39,662 bases of DNA. Origin: Catajapyx aquilonaris. Its lineage: Eukaryota. This document shows positions 26,120 through 39,662 of the stretch, piece by piece. The position numbers and the translations under genes were made by a program. The notes under the pieces are model-generated. The model saw only the letters and a list, made by a program, of their open reading frames with translations. It made no database searches and was not told where the DNA came from. The stretch's first letter is position 1. Each line of letters begins with the position of its first letter. Location of the stretch: contig KZ538204.1 of NCBI GenBank assembly GCA_000934665.2, positions 62,001 through 101,662 on the forward strand. The letters are read 5' to 3'.

Positions 26120-26349
26120 AGTCGGCATACAAGTCAAACACACTAAGTCAAAAATATAAAACAAGTTTTGGAGATAATCCAAAAGTAATGGTTTGACCTT
26201 GCACTTGTTTACGTGCAATTAAGCAGAAAATCCTGGTTTCTTGGCTCCTTATGAGTTTTTAGGTTTTCACCAGGCGATACAGTAGAAATAACTCAAAATC
26301 GCAAATATTGGACTTACTTGTTTAAGTGTGTTCCTCCTGTATGCCCATG
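26120..26349 (-). mobile_element. Sola1-like MITE, about 230 bp, ATAT TSD
   Basis: ATAT on both flanks (26116-26119, 26350-26353). Imperfect TIRs AGTCGGCATAC...AACACACT / AGTGTGTT...GTATGCCCATG. Internal sequence is homologous, inverted, to 8024-8176. Confidence 0.7.
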
Positions 26350-29300
26350 ATATTAAACACTTACATTAAACAAATACGGAAATAGTTGATCCATGGCCCA
26401 TGCCTACTACAGTTTCTAGTTTTGGCACTAAGTGGAAGACATGCGAGCAAGATACGGCTGATGCCTAAGCCCTTTCAACATGAATGTAAGTTTATGTGCG
26501 TGTCGATATGCCCGTGTGATGCAAGGAAATGTCCATCAGTCGCTTTGTGAACACCATTGCAAGGTGCATGAGTTGACAAGTAGGCAAGAACAAATTTCTT
26601 TCATCCGCAGGAGCTTTATTGTTCGCAGCACGTTATGCATTTATTAGCGCAATTCCGGCTGTATTAATTTTACCGCTGGCCATTTTCAGAGCAGAACTTC
26701 TGGTAAGATGAAGAATTAAGAAACATCGTTATTTTTTATCGGAGATGAAACTTCCTACAATGATGTCGGTTACTATGGTTGTCAATTACCTATAGGCCTA
26801 ATTGCGGAGGGGGAAGACGAGACTTACTCGACGAACTTGATAAGAATAGTCAATGGTGAAAGGATTATGGGCTTACGACAGAATGGTTTAAGAAAATGGG
26901 AATCACGTTAAAGAAGCGCAGCATACAGTATATTGTCGGAGAGAATGGGACTATTTTCATGCCCTGAATAATTTTAAAAACTGAACTTTATTTACATTTT
27001 TTTCATGATTTTTTGTGTGTTTGTCACTACTTGTGAATGGTCATACGCAGCTGAATACTTTCGGAAAAATCACGGACAGGAAAACCACACGCAAGTAGAA
27101 ATAATCCAGTATACGGTCTGGTGCAACAAATGATGAGGTGGTTGCAATGCGAGTGGTATTCTTCGCGTCCTTTTATGTGGAGGACATGGCAACCCTGCAC
27201 TACTTTTAGCCCCAAAACTTGTTCAAGAGGCTTCCCAAATTACCCAGGATTTCCCCATCTCGAGCAAATTCTACAGAAAAAGTGACCGCATCTTCCTCCC
27301 CATTGATGCCACAGAGGCTCGTCATTTTATTACGACCACATCCCTGAAAAAGGCTGATCCTACTTGTACCCTGAAGGCATGCTGGTAATATTCTCGCCGA
27401 AAAAATGCGCATAATCCTGCAAAGGCTGCCATGATCCCTTATTTTTTTTAAACAATAAGCTTCATGCAGGTATATGCATCCGGGCTAAGCACATTAATAT
27501 GCATCATGATTCACAGCCCTGGAAGGGTTATCAATAAATTATAGTTGAGAGGCAGTTACTACATGGCCAAGCGCAACAGCCTCCAATTCCCAATATCTTC
27601 ATCCCGACACTTAGTTAATATGTGCGCTCTGTATAGTGTTGCAGGACTGTCTAAACTCCTTGGCGCTACACTATTAGAGAGAAGATTCATTTGTCAAGCT
27701 GCCAGTACTGAACCAGTGCAGCTTATGGGTTTTGCAACGTCATAATGCGCCACAAATTTTCCCCCCGGTGCTATTCTCATTTTCTACCCACCTAACTATG
27801 AAAATGTCGCAATAATGCAGCATATTAAAGGCCGGTAGTCTACCAACAATCAAATCAGGAGGCTGCAAGATAATCAGAAACTCGGAAGACGACTCTAAGC
27901 CTATATGATATGATAAATTCAAGGGTATCCATATTGCACTACATGTCTAATCTCTAGGTTGTCAGAGCCTCCAGATTTATTATTCCTGCTTCTCAATTTT
28001 ATGTCACTATAGGAGCCCTAAGTTTCTGGCAGGATATGCATCACGTAGCGGGTGGCATGCTTCCAGTGGCTTGTGCACGGCATTTAGATCGATACTAACA
28101 ACGGTGAGCCAGGATGGCTTATTTGAAGTCATGCTTCGCAATTTTTTCAAACCGCCATTTTGCACCCTCACCCCCCACTTATGAAACCAAGCACTATGGA
28201 AAGCGTCTTCATTAAGCCCCCCCTCCAAGTTGAGATGGTTTCCACAGATGCCATTATCATACCCTGCCCCTGAAACCACCCCAACTTCTGTTTTCCCTGG
28301 TGTGGTCCCAACTGGCCTACTAGCATGTGTTAATTCCCTACTTTTATGGCACTTCTTAGCAAGTCCCGGAGGCTCATTAACGCTCGCCTTCATTTGGCCC
28401 TAGGCCCCTGGCTTCATCGACACCCCTTTCTAGAAGAGCCTTAGAACCACCCTCTAGGGAAGCCCATGATTAAAATAACTCAAAATGCACCTGCGCATAC
28501 TTCTATCTCTCAACTTCTATCCTCTTTTTTTAGTAGCGTGTGTGTGTGTCCTCCTGGCTCGATGACAACAGGCCCAGCCGGTATGGGTCTGGAGTCTGCA
28601 CCCAAAGCGTCCACTAATGAAGTGGCGACGGACAAAACCACCCCAGACCCCCTACTATGACACGACCCAAAGCCTCCAATCAAGCATGTGCACCTGGCAA
28701 TGCTGGTTTTTGTCCAGTGGTGCTGGAGCAGCATTCACACTTTTCGCATGCCCTATATGCTGTCGAGGGTATTACGGCGCCGGTGCTGTGGCCACGCCTA
28801 AGCCGTATTCATCCCGGCGGTAAAACATCTGCACCTCGGCAGCCGCCGCACAAAAGACTCTCGGATTAGTGCCAGATAAAGGAAGAGCAGCCACCCCTTT
28901 CTACCGGTACCCGCAAGGCAAATCCAGTAACCCACTATTGGTGGAGGCATCAAATAAAATAGTTTTTTCCGGGGTTGTAATTTATAAAGGCAATTATGTG
29001 TCGTATATCACCCGGACACTCGCGGAATTTGGTTTTGTCGGTGACGCCGATTGCGAAAGGCGGCACTAAATCAGTGCTGCATTGGCAATTACGGTGATGT
29101 AGTGCCGTATGATGAATATCGGGGCTCGTAAGGGCGTGATAAAACTTTCTCGTCCGTACAGGATAAGTCAGAATATTTCTCCAACTGACGCCAGGAGTTT
29201 CAGGTGGTGTTTAGCCAGAGGAAAATCGCTGCCTGACACATTTTCCGGGTTCTAGTTCTGCTATTTGGATCAAGCTAGATTATATGTAGCTGTGAGCATA

Positions 29301-30940
29301 ATTAATTGAAATTGTGAGTCGAGCGTATTAAGAGTATAGGCTACCTAGGCCCAGAACTTTCTCCGACTCTGGAGACTTTCCATCAGTCCTATATACAAAC
29401 TATAAAAATAGGCCTTCTTATATTCTCAACGCTTTTATTGCGGCAAGTCTCGGAATGGACAAGGAAGTGGGCCAGACGCAGGGGGGCTTGATGCAGAAGC
29501 CCCAATTTTGGTGAAAAGAAATTACGGATCTTCTCTGACAATGGTAGTGGGGTGGGTGGACTGGGGGCTTAGAAAGATTGTAATAGTAGTCTTTTTCAGA
29601 TATTTTCAACCAATACTGTGACAGTTATTGATTTGCTTGTCACTCAGGATACTTGAGTCATCAATAGTTATGATTCTGAGGAGCTTATACAGTACAGACA
29701 CAAGGTGTGTGGTTTAAGTGTCTATGGTCCTATGTTGAGAGGTGGCGGGCGGATTTCTCTCACTGACAGCCATTATTATCAGCTGGGTAAATGACATTTG
29801 AATTTTTCCGGTGAGTTGTCGATGTCGATAGAGCCGCCGATTAAAGCAACAGCGGCGACGGCTCGGCGCGGAGGAGTAGGCATACACCGCTTCAATGGCA
29901 GGACACATCGGAAATATCTTTGGCATGTACATTTCAGTCTTTAGGAGGATGGGGGAAGAACGTCAAACGACGGGGGGAAAGGACATAAGTTCTGAACCAT
30001 AGCTGCGAGAAGCGTAATGAAAAAGATGGAAGAGAAGTGGCACCTGCGCAATAGCCACAGGGGGATTGCCTTCACAATCGTCATGGGAGAGAGGGCAGTC
30101 TATATGTTCACACAGTGAGAGTATGGGCTCAAAGAGTACTTTAGGCAGCCTATATGTTGCACTCCAGCTATTCGTGACTATAGGCCTACATACATTTGGA
30201 TGTGTGGGAATAGAAGGCGCTTACAAAGGCGTCGTGTGTCATTGAAATGTATCCGGGTGCAGACGTGACATACGAATTAAAAGTCATACCTATACCAATA
30301 ATAAAATAAAACAAGCAAAGACTATCTTATCCATTAGACTAATGATGATACATTCAGGCTATGAAATGCTGTCTTTGATTCATGTGAATTGTATGCGCAT
30401 GTAGAACAATGCCATGACAAACATATTCCATGCAAAAGGGGCATTAGGATTCATTGCAGCGGGTTAAAAATTTATGTATCATATGGCGGGGGGATTTACG
30501 TGCTGGAGTAATCAATATAGTGCGTGAGCTTTGTATAGCGACTCAACACATCCAACATCACTAATCCCGAGAATACCAGTAGTAATTTTGACTACACAGC
30601 ATCTAGTGAGCATGACTCTAAAAGTGGCGTACTGGGCTAAAATCCTATACATCTTATTGTATAGCTGCTGCAGCCTGCTCTCTTATTAGATGGCTGCGCG
30701 GTGGGCGGGCAGTTTTAATATTGGTATATAACACCTGTGATAGTCAAGGGGCCTATAGCTAGCAGGATATTACATAGTCCAAAGGTTCACTGTAGACCTG
30801 TACTCATGTACTGTACTGTATATTTATTTGCCAATTATGCGGAAGTTACTGACTACACTGTACAAGGCTTTAATATTAAAATCAGAGCATAATAATATTC
30901 GATCAGTTTTCTATTACAAAACAGTATTTGCCGTATATGG

Positions 30941-31349
30941 AAGGGTGTTTCATAAAGATTCCGACAAACTTCTGAGGGTGAACTTCTGGGAAATAGTAAC
31001 CTATGTAGTGACATTATTTTGGTCTCATTATTGATTAACATTTATCAAAGTGCGCATTTAAGAAGTCTCGGATACAGCCTACGACACTTTCATAGTTTAC
31101 GTGGCTGACTGCTAGATCTAACGATGAGATCAAAGATTGAATTAAAACTACATGGTGTATAAACCATATTTTGAAATGAAAAGTCGGATAGAAGCACATC
31201 AGTTATACCTGCAAAAATATTTTACACCTTGTGTATGAAGCCCTCAATAACGAGAATGTGTAGACCAAATCACACCTCCACGCATAGCAAATACTCTATT
31301 AGTCCCCTGGAACTCATCCTAAAAGTTTGAATTATTGTGAAACACCCTG
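30941..31349. mobile_element. Degenerate Tc1/mariner-like MITE, about 410 bp
   Basis: AGGGTGTTTCA (30942-30952) / TGAAACACCCT (31338-31348) is a perfect inverted pair, extended by CAAACTT (30965-30971) / AAGTTTG (31323-31329). The right end is CACCCTG|TA; the left TA is eroded. Confidence 0.65.
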
Positions 31350-31449
31350 TATAGATTTATCAGAGCAGACCTGTTATTTTAATATGCTCAGGATGTAGCC
31401 CTGCTATCATAGGGCTGCTATTAATACGGAGCATTACAGTATAGCTGCA

Positions 31450-31484
31450 TAATTGGACCTATAATAAACCTAATTGGACCTATA
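31450..31484 (+). repeat. 14-bp direct repeat with 7-bp spacer
   Basis: TAATTGGACCTATA at 31450-31463 and 31471-31484. Confidence 0.85.
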
Positions 31485-31662
31485 GCACTAATTCCTCAGC
31501 ACATTAGCCCTTAGGGACTGACCATAAATATTACGTGTATAGATTTCGACCCCCTTTATACGCCTCCTTTCATAATGTGCTTCGGATTACCAAGGTAAAA
31601 ATTAATTCGAGTTTTAAAACGGCCAAATATACCTGTTTCTCTAGTCTCACTCAGGTCAAATA

Positions 31663-32276
31663 AAAGGATCTGTTTCAAATGTACTTTGCTGCGTGCCCCA
31701 ATAAATTTTTAGCGGAAATTGTTCATAATACTTGTAATTATAGGTGAAAAATTGAGGCTTGTGATGTATGAAAATCAGGCTTTGACAGTTTGGTGAATTT
31801 ACAACATGTTCTTGTTCAAAATGGCCACAAAAGGTGCTGGGAACGTTCGAGAAGTGTAACTTTCATTTTGGAGACAATGGTAGATGTAATGTCCATTTTT
31901 AAACCAGATGTTGTTTACTAAATTTGAACTTTAATGAAATTGATGTGATTATTCATTTCTCTCTCCCCCCTNATGTGATTATTCATCCCCCCCATGAAGT
32001 CTCAATTGAAACGTTGCAACACTGTGCAACCAGCATCGATTTGATCAAATATCAGTTTCAGTGATTTAAGGGCCACTCAAAAAAATTGGAAATCTTGCAT
32101 CAATGCCATAAAAATAAGCATTCTTGATGATTTGTAGCCCCTTCCGTGGCCATTTTAAACCAGACAAATTTTCACCAACCCAAATTTTCAAAAGTCATTT
32201 TCTTCCCACCTGATATTATCAGGAACTTAAAAGTTAACGAGGCACATATAAAAATCAATCCTGGAACAGATCCTTT
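31663..32276. mobile_element. Long imperfect foldback (inverted-repeat) element, probable old DNA transposon
   Basis: Three colinear inverted pairs: AAAGGATCTGTT 31663-31674 / 32265-32276, TGGTGAA 31791-31797 / 32171-32177, and AAAATGGCCAC 31818-31828 / 32146-32156. True termini and TSD are unresolved. Confidence 0.6.
31943..31986. other. Assembly gap (single N at 31972) with duplicated flank
   Basis: ATGTGATTATTCAT occurs at 31943-31956 and again at 31973-31986 directly after the N, each copy followed shortly by a C run, as expected for unmerged overlapping contig ends. Confidence 0.8.
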
Positions 32277-35200
32277 CTTTACATTTTAGCTTTGTTCAAA
32301 GCTGCTTCCGATTGGGGGTTGAACCTTCACACTGAACACACCTTTTTTACGTCCCCGTTAAGAATCTGCACATCTGAACAGCAAACAATCCTCTCTATTG
32401 ACCCCACCGAGAAAAAAGAGCTGCACCCCTAATTTATGGTCTACCCCCTCCATTTGCTCATGCACTTGACCCAACCGCCAAGCCTTATCCATCGGGGTAT
32501 ATTGTGACCCAACCTACACAAGGGGAGGGGGGTTTTGGGAACTTTGAGTGTGGGTCCAAATAATGCGTGCTCCACCAAGCCAAACGGAAACTGGAGGAAT
32601 GTTGCTCCTTGTCTCGCAGACAAATGTCCAGTACAGTCTCTCGCAGCTGTTAGTTCCACGTCCCCTTTTCTGGAAATCCTTCCCGGGGTCCCCCCCTATT
32701 CCCTCAAAGACAAAGGAGCACGCAAGTGCGTTGCGGCATTCATCTTGACTTGGGGACCACTGAACACGCCAGCGACTTCTTGTCATCCATCACGCTGCTC
32801 ATGGAAAATTCCTGGCAAAACCGGCCAAAATTTACCTCCGACCTGATTTTCCAATATGTCCGGAAAATGTCATATGATAAGGCGGGACCGGAGCGGCGCG
32901 ACTATCACAACACAAGAGAAGTGATCACGCGACGTTGTAAAGGGACGAGTACGACACGTGACACTGGTAAATCACTCTACCCCATGCTGGGCCTGCTGGA
33001 TGAGACAACTTGGAGGCAGCTTTGTACAGTCTGTTTTATCCCCGACCTCGTCTAAATTACTGGGCAAACAGGTCTTACAGTAATGTGACACGACGAATTT
33101 GTTTGCGCAATGTTTAGTTAGGAGGTCAGGCCATCCGGGTCTCCAAATCCAGTTCCAGTGGCACGAACATTCAGACTATTACAGTGTCGCAACTGGTAAA
33201 GTCAATACGAAATCCTATATATTTGCAAGCCTGCACAAATATAAGCAGACTAATTACTTGGCACCGATTAACCCTTTATATAATATCGATCACACTACCC
33301 GTATGCTATGCCGGTTGAAGCACAACCCCCCTATGTGGAGATACTGTAAATAATGAAAGAGAAACTCTTTCATAGGATCTTGCCCTCGATCGATCTGGCC
33401 GCACTGCCTTACTGACAAGTACAAAATCAAGGCAATTTGCTTGCATTGTGAGGCAACGTGCCAGTTGCACCTGGCTCGATGCTCCACTTTCTTTTACCTT
33501 CCAAAAAGCATGCAGACGCGTGGCGAAAAAGGGCAGGTAGGCAACATTTCGACCCCTCCTGTACTGATAAGGTCTTATCTGCAGAGGAAGAGGGGACAAG
33601 TCGGACACACAAAAAATAAAACGGGGAGGAAAGGGGAAAAAAATGTTATTACATTGGAAACGTCCGAGGTGTGGGTCCCCTCCTCTACCTGAGGTGATGT
33701 CACCCGATCGGGTCATTTGGACCAGTTAGGCCGTCGTAAAAGCGAATAGAAACTGAGCCAGCTGTATTTCAATGTGTCTTTTATATTGTGGCTATTAAAA
33801 CTGTGTCGCTTACTCTCTTTTCTGTGCGTTGCCACCTCGTAATTCAGTATGCAAAACGTGACTTCCCGTTGATTTTTTCACCCACCTTCCATTCTGCTGT
33901 CCGGGGCAATTGGAGTGATAGGTAGATATGCGCATGCCATATATTACTTTCCCGAGCTGGTTTTCGGGGCGTTGCTGGACACAACAATGTTTAGTGGACA
34001 TTGAGCAATTTTGAACAAGTCTTTGGCGACAGTACTGCACTCAAAAAAATGGGTTTAGACATGGAGTGAAATACGCCCTCCAGTGCAGGGCGTGAGGACC
34101 ACCACCGACCCTAATGAATGGTGGGTGCGACTTTGTGACACCGACAACCCCCCAATTCTGGGAGCGTGTAATATCTTCGCCATAATACCAGGCGAGGCAA
34201 TTTTTTAATCCTCCAAGTCTCCTCCCATCTCCGGCATAAATCCCGGCCCTGACAAAGAAACAATGGCTTGGTTCAGTGAAGATACGCCTTCTCGCGATAA
34301 ATAAAGCTAGGCCTGATCGACCATTCAGATGTCGACATGATATTCGCGATAACTTGAAAGGTACTGATTTTGCCAAACCTCCGCTTTGCTACCGAAGCTT
34401 GGCAGTAATTAAAGTGGAAGACTCGCACCCCAACGTACTTAGTGCAGGGGAGATAACACTTGAATTATGTCTTCTCGTAAAACGAAAACTTAATTCACAA
34501 TTAGACGTGCCCCTCGACGCCCTGGGTAAGATGAAAACAGGATCACAATTTTTACGTCGTTTAAGCTACCGTGAATCTCCGCCCCACAAGTCCGAAAGAC
34601 GCTCTGCTTATTACTTCCATAATTTATTAGCCACAAATAGGGTGTAATTACACCTTGTTTGCCATTGGTTACGTGCATGGAATGACTACGATGGGGAATC
34701 AGGTATGTGGAGTGCATGCGGGTGGGAAAGGATGACCATTCTTTGCTCTATTATTCCAACCAGAGCAGAGCCGAGTTGGAAATGGTGCGTGTGGAGACGC
34801 CCCCGAGTCTCTCCCATTTCTACTGAAAGATAAACACATAAATAGGCAAAGCCAGCTCCTAAGGGAGGGCACCAGTTTACCTTAGCAAAAAGCCCTATCT
34901 TCCACCAAAATGTGCTTGAAAAAGGTGGTGGGGAGATGCCCCCTGAAAGTTCCGCAAGAACAAAGTTTTAAACAAAGTCTGTGACATACGTGGCAGACGT
35001 TCTGTCGAACAAGCTCCAATGTTTACACCTGCAAGTTCCCACGTTTATTTACCTTACTTCTTGAGTTCCCCTTGATGAACCCCTACCAGGACTCCCAAAC
35101 TCAACATGGGAACAACTGGATCCTTCTTTATTGTCAGTCTTCCGGGTGTGCTGGGGCTGAAACGCGGTAAGTTCATTGGCCCAACCTGATCTTAACCCAG

Positions 35201-38200
35201 GTTCATGTGACCAGTAAGTACTCGCCATATTTGGTCCCTGCTCCGTGCACGTGAGCAGTCAGCTGATATTAACCCAATGTAATTCAGTATATCAATGGCA
35301 CAATGTAGAGCAGAAGGCGCCTTAAGCATTCCCACTGAAAGGCAGATGGCGCACGAGTAGAGAATGTAAGTCGCCTGAGTGAGTCAAGGCCCGTAACGAC
35401 CTCGTCCTCGCAACTCCCCCGTATCTCTAAATTTTCGAAAAGGAGATGGATTTCACGCGTGTACGACCCAAGTGCCGTCGTATTTCATTTCCGCTCGGCA
35501 AAGTCTGCTCTATTCCCATCTCCCAGAAAACCGAGGCTGAAGTGATGTCTAAATTCGCCTCCCGGACGCGCCTCTCCACAAAGGTTCTGAGGTGGTACTG
35601 GGGGGAAGATTCCAGGAAAGGGGGCGGATTTTCACTCATTTGTTAAACTAAATGCTTACAAATTTGTCGGAAATTTTGGGGTGTCGTTTGTCTCCCTGGG
35701 GGGGTCCTGAGTTACCCTTCTGTTGGAACCCACTCCTGGAATCTGAATCACTTCTAAAAGTAAACAGCCAGGAGACTATTTCAGTTTGACCACACGTCGT
35801 CACCCCTTTATTTATGACATCTAAAGAAACGGTTGCCAAAGGGTCTCTGAACTTGTCTTCACCACATGTAGGCAAATTCATGGGCTGCCTTATATCACGG
35901 AATTAGGTTGGCGGTCGGTATAAATCACGCGCAAAAGTTAACAAATCGGCTCCATTCGCAGTATCAACAGCAGGCTTTTCTTAAGACAAACTACTTGGGA
36001 GGCCCCCCACCATATTCACGGGCCGGATTATGCCTCAATGTCTTCGCTGTATGTATGACCACACACAAATTCAGGAGTGACATCCGAGAATTCATGTGTA
36101 GAGGACAAGAGTGGGCTTGTTTTCGCAGCTGCCTGCCAACATGCGCCCTGCTTGTTTGTCCCTGCCAGAGAAGTCGTGTCTGGATGGTCGACAACGAAGA
36201 CCCCAACTTCGGAAGCCCCTAGCAACCCTGCCTGCCCCGATAACAACCGCCAGCACGCGCTTCCGCCAGTCCTGGGATTTTTCATGGGGTTTTCCTCTCG
36301 GGTAGGCCCCTGCCAAATTGAGTTCCGGCTTCTCTGCCGGACCCCTCCACTAATATCGTTATTACTATAAAAAAGGCACATCTAAGCTGCCTATTCGAAT
36401 TTTGGGAGTAAACAGAGTGGAAGCATGGAGCAAATATATGGGCAAGCAAATGTGCTAAACACAAGGCGCCCGTTTCAATTAGGGAGGCGATGTAAAAGGG
36501 TTTTCTCTTCGTGTATGAAGAGAGATGTGTTAATTTTCATCCAGACTTTGGGAGTCGGGTGTGATTTCATTATCTGAGAGCTTTTCTGCTGGACGAGCAA
36601 ATCATTTGATTTCTGACAAAATGGCACGTTTTAGGGACGGGTTTTTCCATTGACTTCTCATGCTGCAGTTCAGGGAGATGAAAAACTGGAAGGGAAGTTT
36701 TAAAAAATATTACATGGCTCACCTTGATATGTATGCATTTTTTTTTGTCTCGATTTTGGTTTACGGACAGGATTTTCATGTCCTTTTGGATCGTACGCTC
36801 GGTCACACATTTTTCTTTCTGACATGGGGAGCTTAAAAAATTGCATATTTCTGCTCCAAACTCGCTTGATGAAGCGGTGGTCAGTTTGAAATTATACTTC
36901 TGACCGTATCCTGCAATTATAGGGCCATTTGTCAATCGTATGGCACAGAAATGCTGTCTCTTTGTTTTTTTTGGTACCCCCCCACATGTATAACGTGAAT
37001 TTGAAACGGGGTACATGGACATTATTTGCATTCGGCATTCAAGAACCACAAACGATTGAAATGCAGCGGGGCAACGAAGGCCGACAGGAACAACTGGAAG
37101 CTATTAAAATCCGGTTTCCAAGTCTCGTTTTTGCCAACCCTTCCAGGCGCGTTAACACTCTCTGGCAATTTTTTATTGACTCTAAGCTCATCGAATAATG
37201 CCGCCCTTTTAGACTCAGCGGCCGAGATAAATGTCTAATTATTTTTTTAACGCGACACTTTGCTTTTCTTTTGCCAAATTTATTGATCACGCAAATTATT
37301 TTTAATGATTGCTCTTATAGAGACTTTAAACCTCCCACCTTCGACTTGTGAGCCTTCCGTAACTCGACTGTCCTTTGTCGACGTCTTGGCGGATTAGGTC
37401 CGGGCCGACAGCATTCCATCGATTGCTTTCAGTAAAGAAAACAGACTAATAGCTAGAGCTAACAAACCCTGGCTGGAAGTTAGTGGAGTTAATTACGGGC
37501 ACGGGACAAGAGAGAGACAGAAGGGAAGGGAAAGAGATAAGAAACACTCGCTGAAAACGCAATTGAAATTCACATCCACAACAATCTTACCCGTCACAAA
37601 AAAAAATGTCATCGTCCTTCCAAAATTAGCTTTAATGCATGATGAAACAACAAAAGGGCATTTTAAAAAATTGGTCCTTACCGAGTGTAATGGCCGGCAC
37701 CTAACTTCCGGCTGGATGAAGTAAAAAATCGTTAGCGGTTAAGTTTTTCTCATCACGCGATGCTCGTGCTATATTCGCCACTAGAACGAATCGATGTTAT
37801 GCAAACAAGGCTGGCAAGATAGGGGGATATACATGGCACACCTTTCTCGCATGGGAAACCGGATAACGTCTTGACCCTCTATTCAGGTCCAGAGAGAGCC
37901 TCGCCCCTAATAACCTAGAGATCCTGCAAAAGGGCGGCTGCCCAGCCCAACCAGGCTCCACATCCAAGAAATGGCTGCCTTGCAACATTCACCTCCCTGC
38001 CCTGCAGATATGTAAACAACATAAATGGCCGACTAGCTAGGTGGTCCACCACTTTTCCCACATCATTCATACCTCATAAGTGCGCTAGGTGTGAAGTCAG
38101 CCAACACTATATGCTGCGGGGCCTCGTGGCTCGCTTTACACTATTCTGCACGGATTTGACTACTGCTAGCACATGCTGAATATATTAGGGTGGTCTGTAT

Positions 38201-38773
38201 CATACAGTTGGTAACACAGAATACGCATGCGTGATAGCACTGTTCTGGTAAGATCTCGTTAACTGGAGGGATGGGCGATTTGCAACAGGGTGTGACAAAT
38301 CACTGGGATTAGAAATGTTTCGTGACTAGTAGGTGCAGGATAGAGATCAATAACGTTATTGAATGCCAAACCTCGTAACCTGGGTGATTGTTGTCTGATG
38401 GAGGCTTTCTAGCTAATGACGAATCAGCGGTATATATTTGAAAAGAAAAATATCGTCGTGTGCTTTTCCAGAACACTGACACGTTGCAAGAAAGAGTGGG
38501 AATAAGCCAGATATTGTCTTTTATTTCATGCCTTCATCACAATAAACCGTGCAAGTAAAAACATCCTGACTCGTAAAAAGGCAAGAGAAAATACCCAACT
38601 TCCAAATACCGCATTCTAACAAGGGCAGTCTAGCCCAAAAGTAGAGGTTGTTTTAACCTCCAGGCCCCGGGAGGTTCCGCCATTAACCCCAGCTGTCGTT
38701 GGAAGAAACCAAGTTCCCCCTACATCTCATTCGGTCCATTTCCGAAAAGTGGAAATGGGACCAGTGGTAGGTA

Positions 38774-38812
38774 GGGGTGGGGGGAACTTGGGGGGGTACA
38801 GGGTAGGGGGGG
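38774..38812 (+). other. Potential G-quadruplex-forming sequence
   Basis: Five G-tracts of 3 or more G separated by 1-5-nt loops (T, AACTT, TACA, TA). Confidence 0.7.
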
Positions 38813-39662
38813 AGAGAATGTAATTGTTTATCTCAAAGCGGAAAGTGTTTATCTCGATGGGCGCATGCCGCCAACGTAAACTGTCCAGACGGGAGTCGCC
38901 CCACCATGTAACCCTCCTCTTCTTCCCTATACCCTCATGTGCGTTCCATCTGAGGGTTCGCACATTTGAGGCGGACGTCGGCGATGACAGGAAACGACGG
39001 CTGCCACTTGCCCTCACCACCACCACCACCACCCAAAAAAAAAAAAGTTTAAGCATGAAACCTGGAAACGGCGACTATTCCGGCTCAGACTAGGGCACTT
39101 GCAAGGAAAACACTCTTGTTATTGTATCCATGGTTAGAATCGCTAACGACACGAGTTATGGCGCAAAACGACGGCTATAAAAGACAAGGGGGCAAGCACT
39201 GTCGTTGCCTTCGCAGAGCCGTGGCCTCACCCAAAACACCAATCATAAATTCGCATTGGTATGTAATGACCAGAAATGCTACATCTCTTGCCGGCATAAA
39301 AGGGAAGAAGTGTTCCAGATTATCTACAACCCACTGTTTCCTAGACACATAAAAATGGCCATCTCTGGAATTATCGAACGATCAAATATCGATAATGTAT
39401 AGTCAGTTGCGAAAACACACTCTGAGCTCCTAAAGTGCTGTCTGGCTCCATGAGTCTGAACTCCACATATGTCACACATTCCACCTGACAATTTGACAAG
39501 CACATCGATTCAAACCACTCTCGGTTCTAAAACTAATAGGCCTATCAAGCTTTCCAATCCCAAACTACACGACCGCGTCCATTCTGCGCCTGACACCCTG
39601 TGATCCCTCCCCCAGCAACTACACACTCCGATGAATACTATCGTGATTGAAACAAACTCACG

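Noticed and set aside
26803..26930. Possible 3' remnant of an RTE-type LINE
   Set aside because: Only a vague resemblance, with stop codons and no tail or TSD; it cannot be supported without an alignment.
33703..33714. 12-bp palindrome ACCCGATCGGGT and other short hairpins (near 12160, 14695, 23070)
   Set aside because: Palindromes and stems of this length are expected several times by chance in 40 kb.
1..39662. Scattered Su(H)-like GTGGGAA, CACGTG and TAATTA sites
   Set aside because: Occurrence seemed compatible with chance, with no clear paired or clustered architecture beyond those reported.
1..39662. CRISPR array, operon-like gene cluster, rRNA/snRNA or conserved insect miRNA
   Set aside because: No regularly spaced repeat-spacer array, no coding density, and no match to the conserved RNA sequences I could recall. 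Short exons or lineage-specific RNAs could have been missed by eye.

Overview
This 39.7-kb window looks like eukaryotic, most likely insect/arthropod, non-coding DNA (intergenic or a very large intron). That assignment is inferred from a tRNA-derived SINE with an insect-type central domain and several DNA-transposon remnants. I found no credible protein-coding gene, rRNA, functional tRNA, recognisable miRNA or CRISPR array; none of the ORF-track translations resembles a family I recognise. The sequence directly supports: a complete SINE with a perfect 13-bp TSD (469-807); a 1.1-kb non-autonomous element with 25-bp TIRs and AAAT TSD, Sola1-like (18087-19182); a second Sola1-like MITE family in two copies (8024-8176, 26120-26349); an 8-bp-TSD MITE with a 40-bp near-perfect hairpin and an apparent nested insertion (17065-17277); degenerate pogo/Tigger-like and Tc1/mariner-like MITEs; a foldback element spanning a single N; microsatellites; and a G-quadruplex motif. 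AT-rich, TE-bearing segments alternate with GC-richer blocks lacking recognisable TEs. I did not find a convincing novel biological system. All family assignments were made by eye and need database confirmation.
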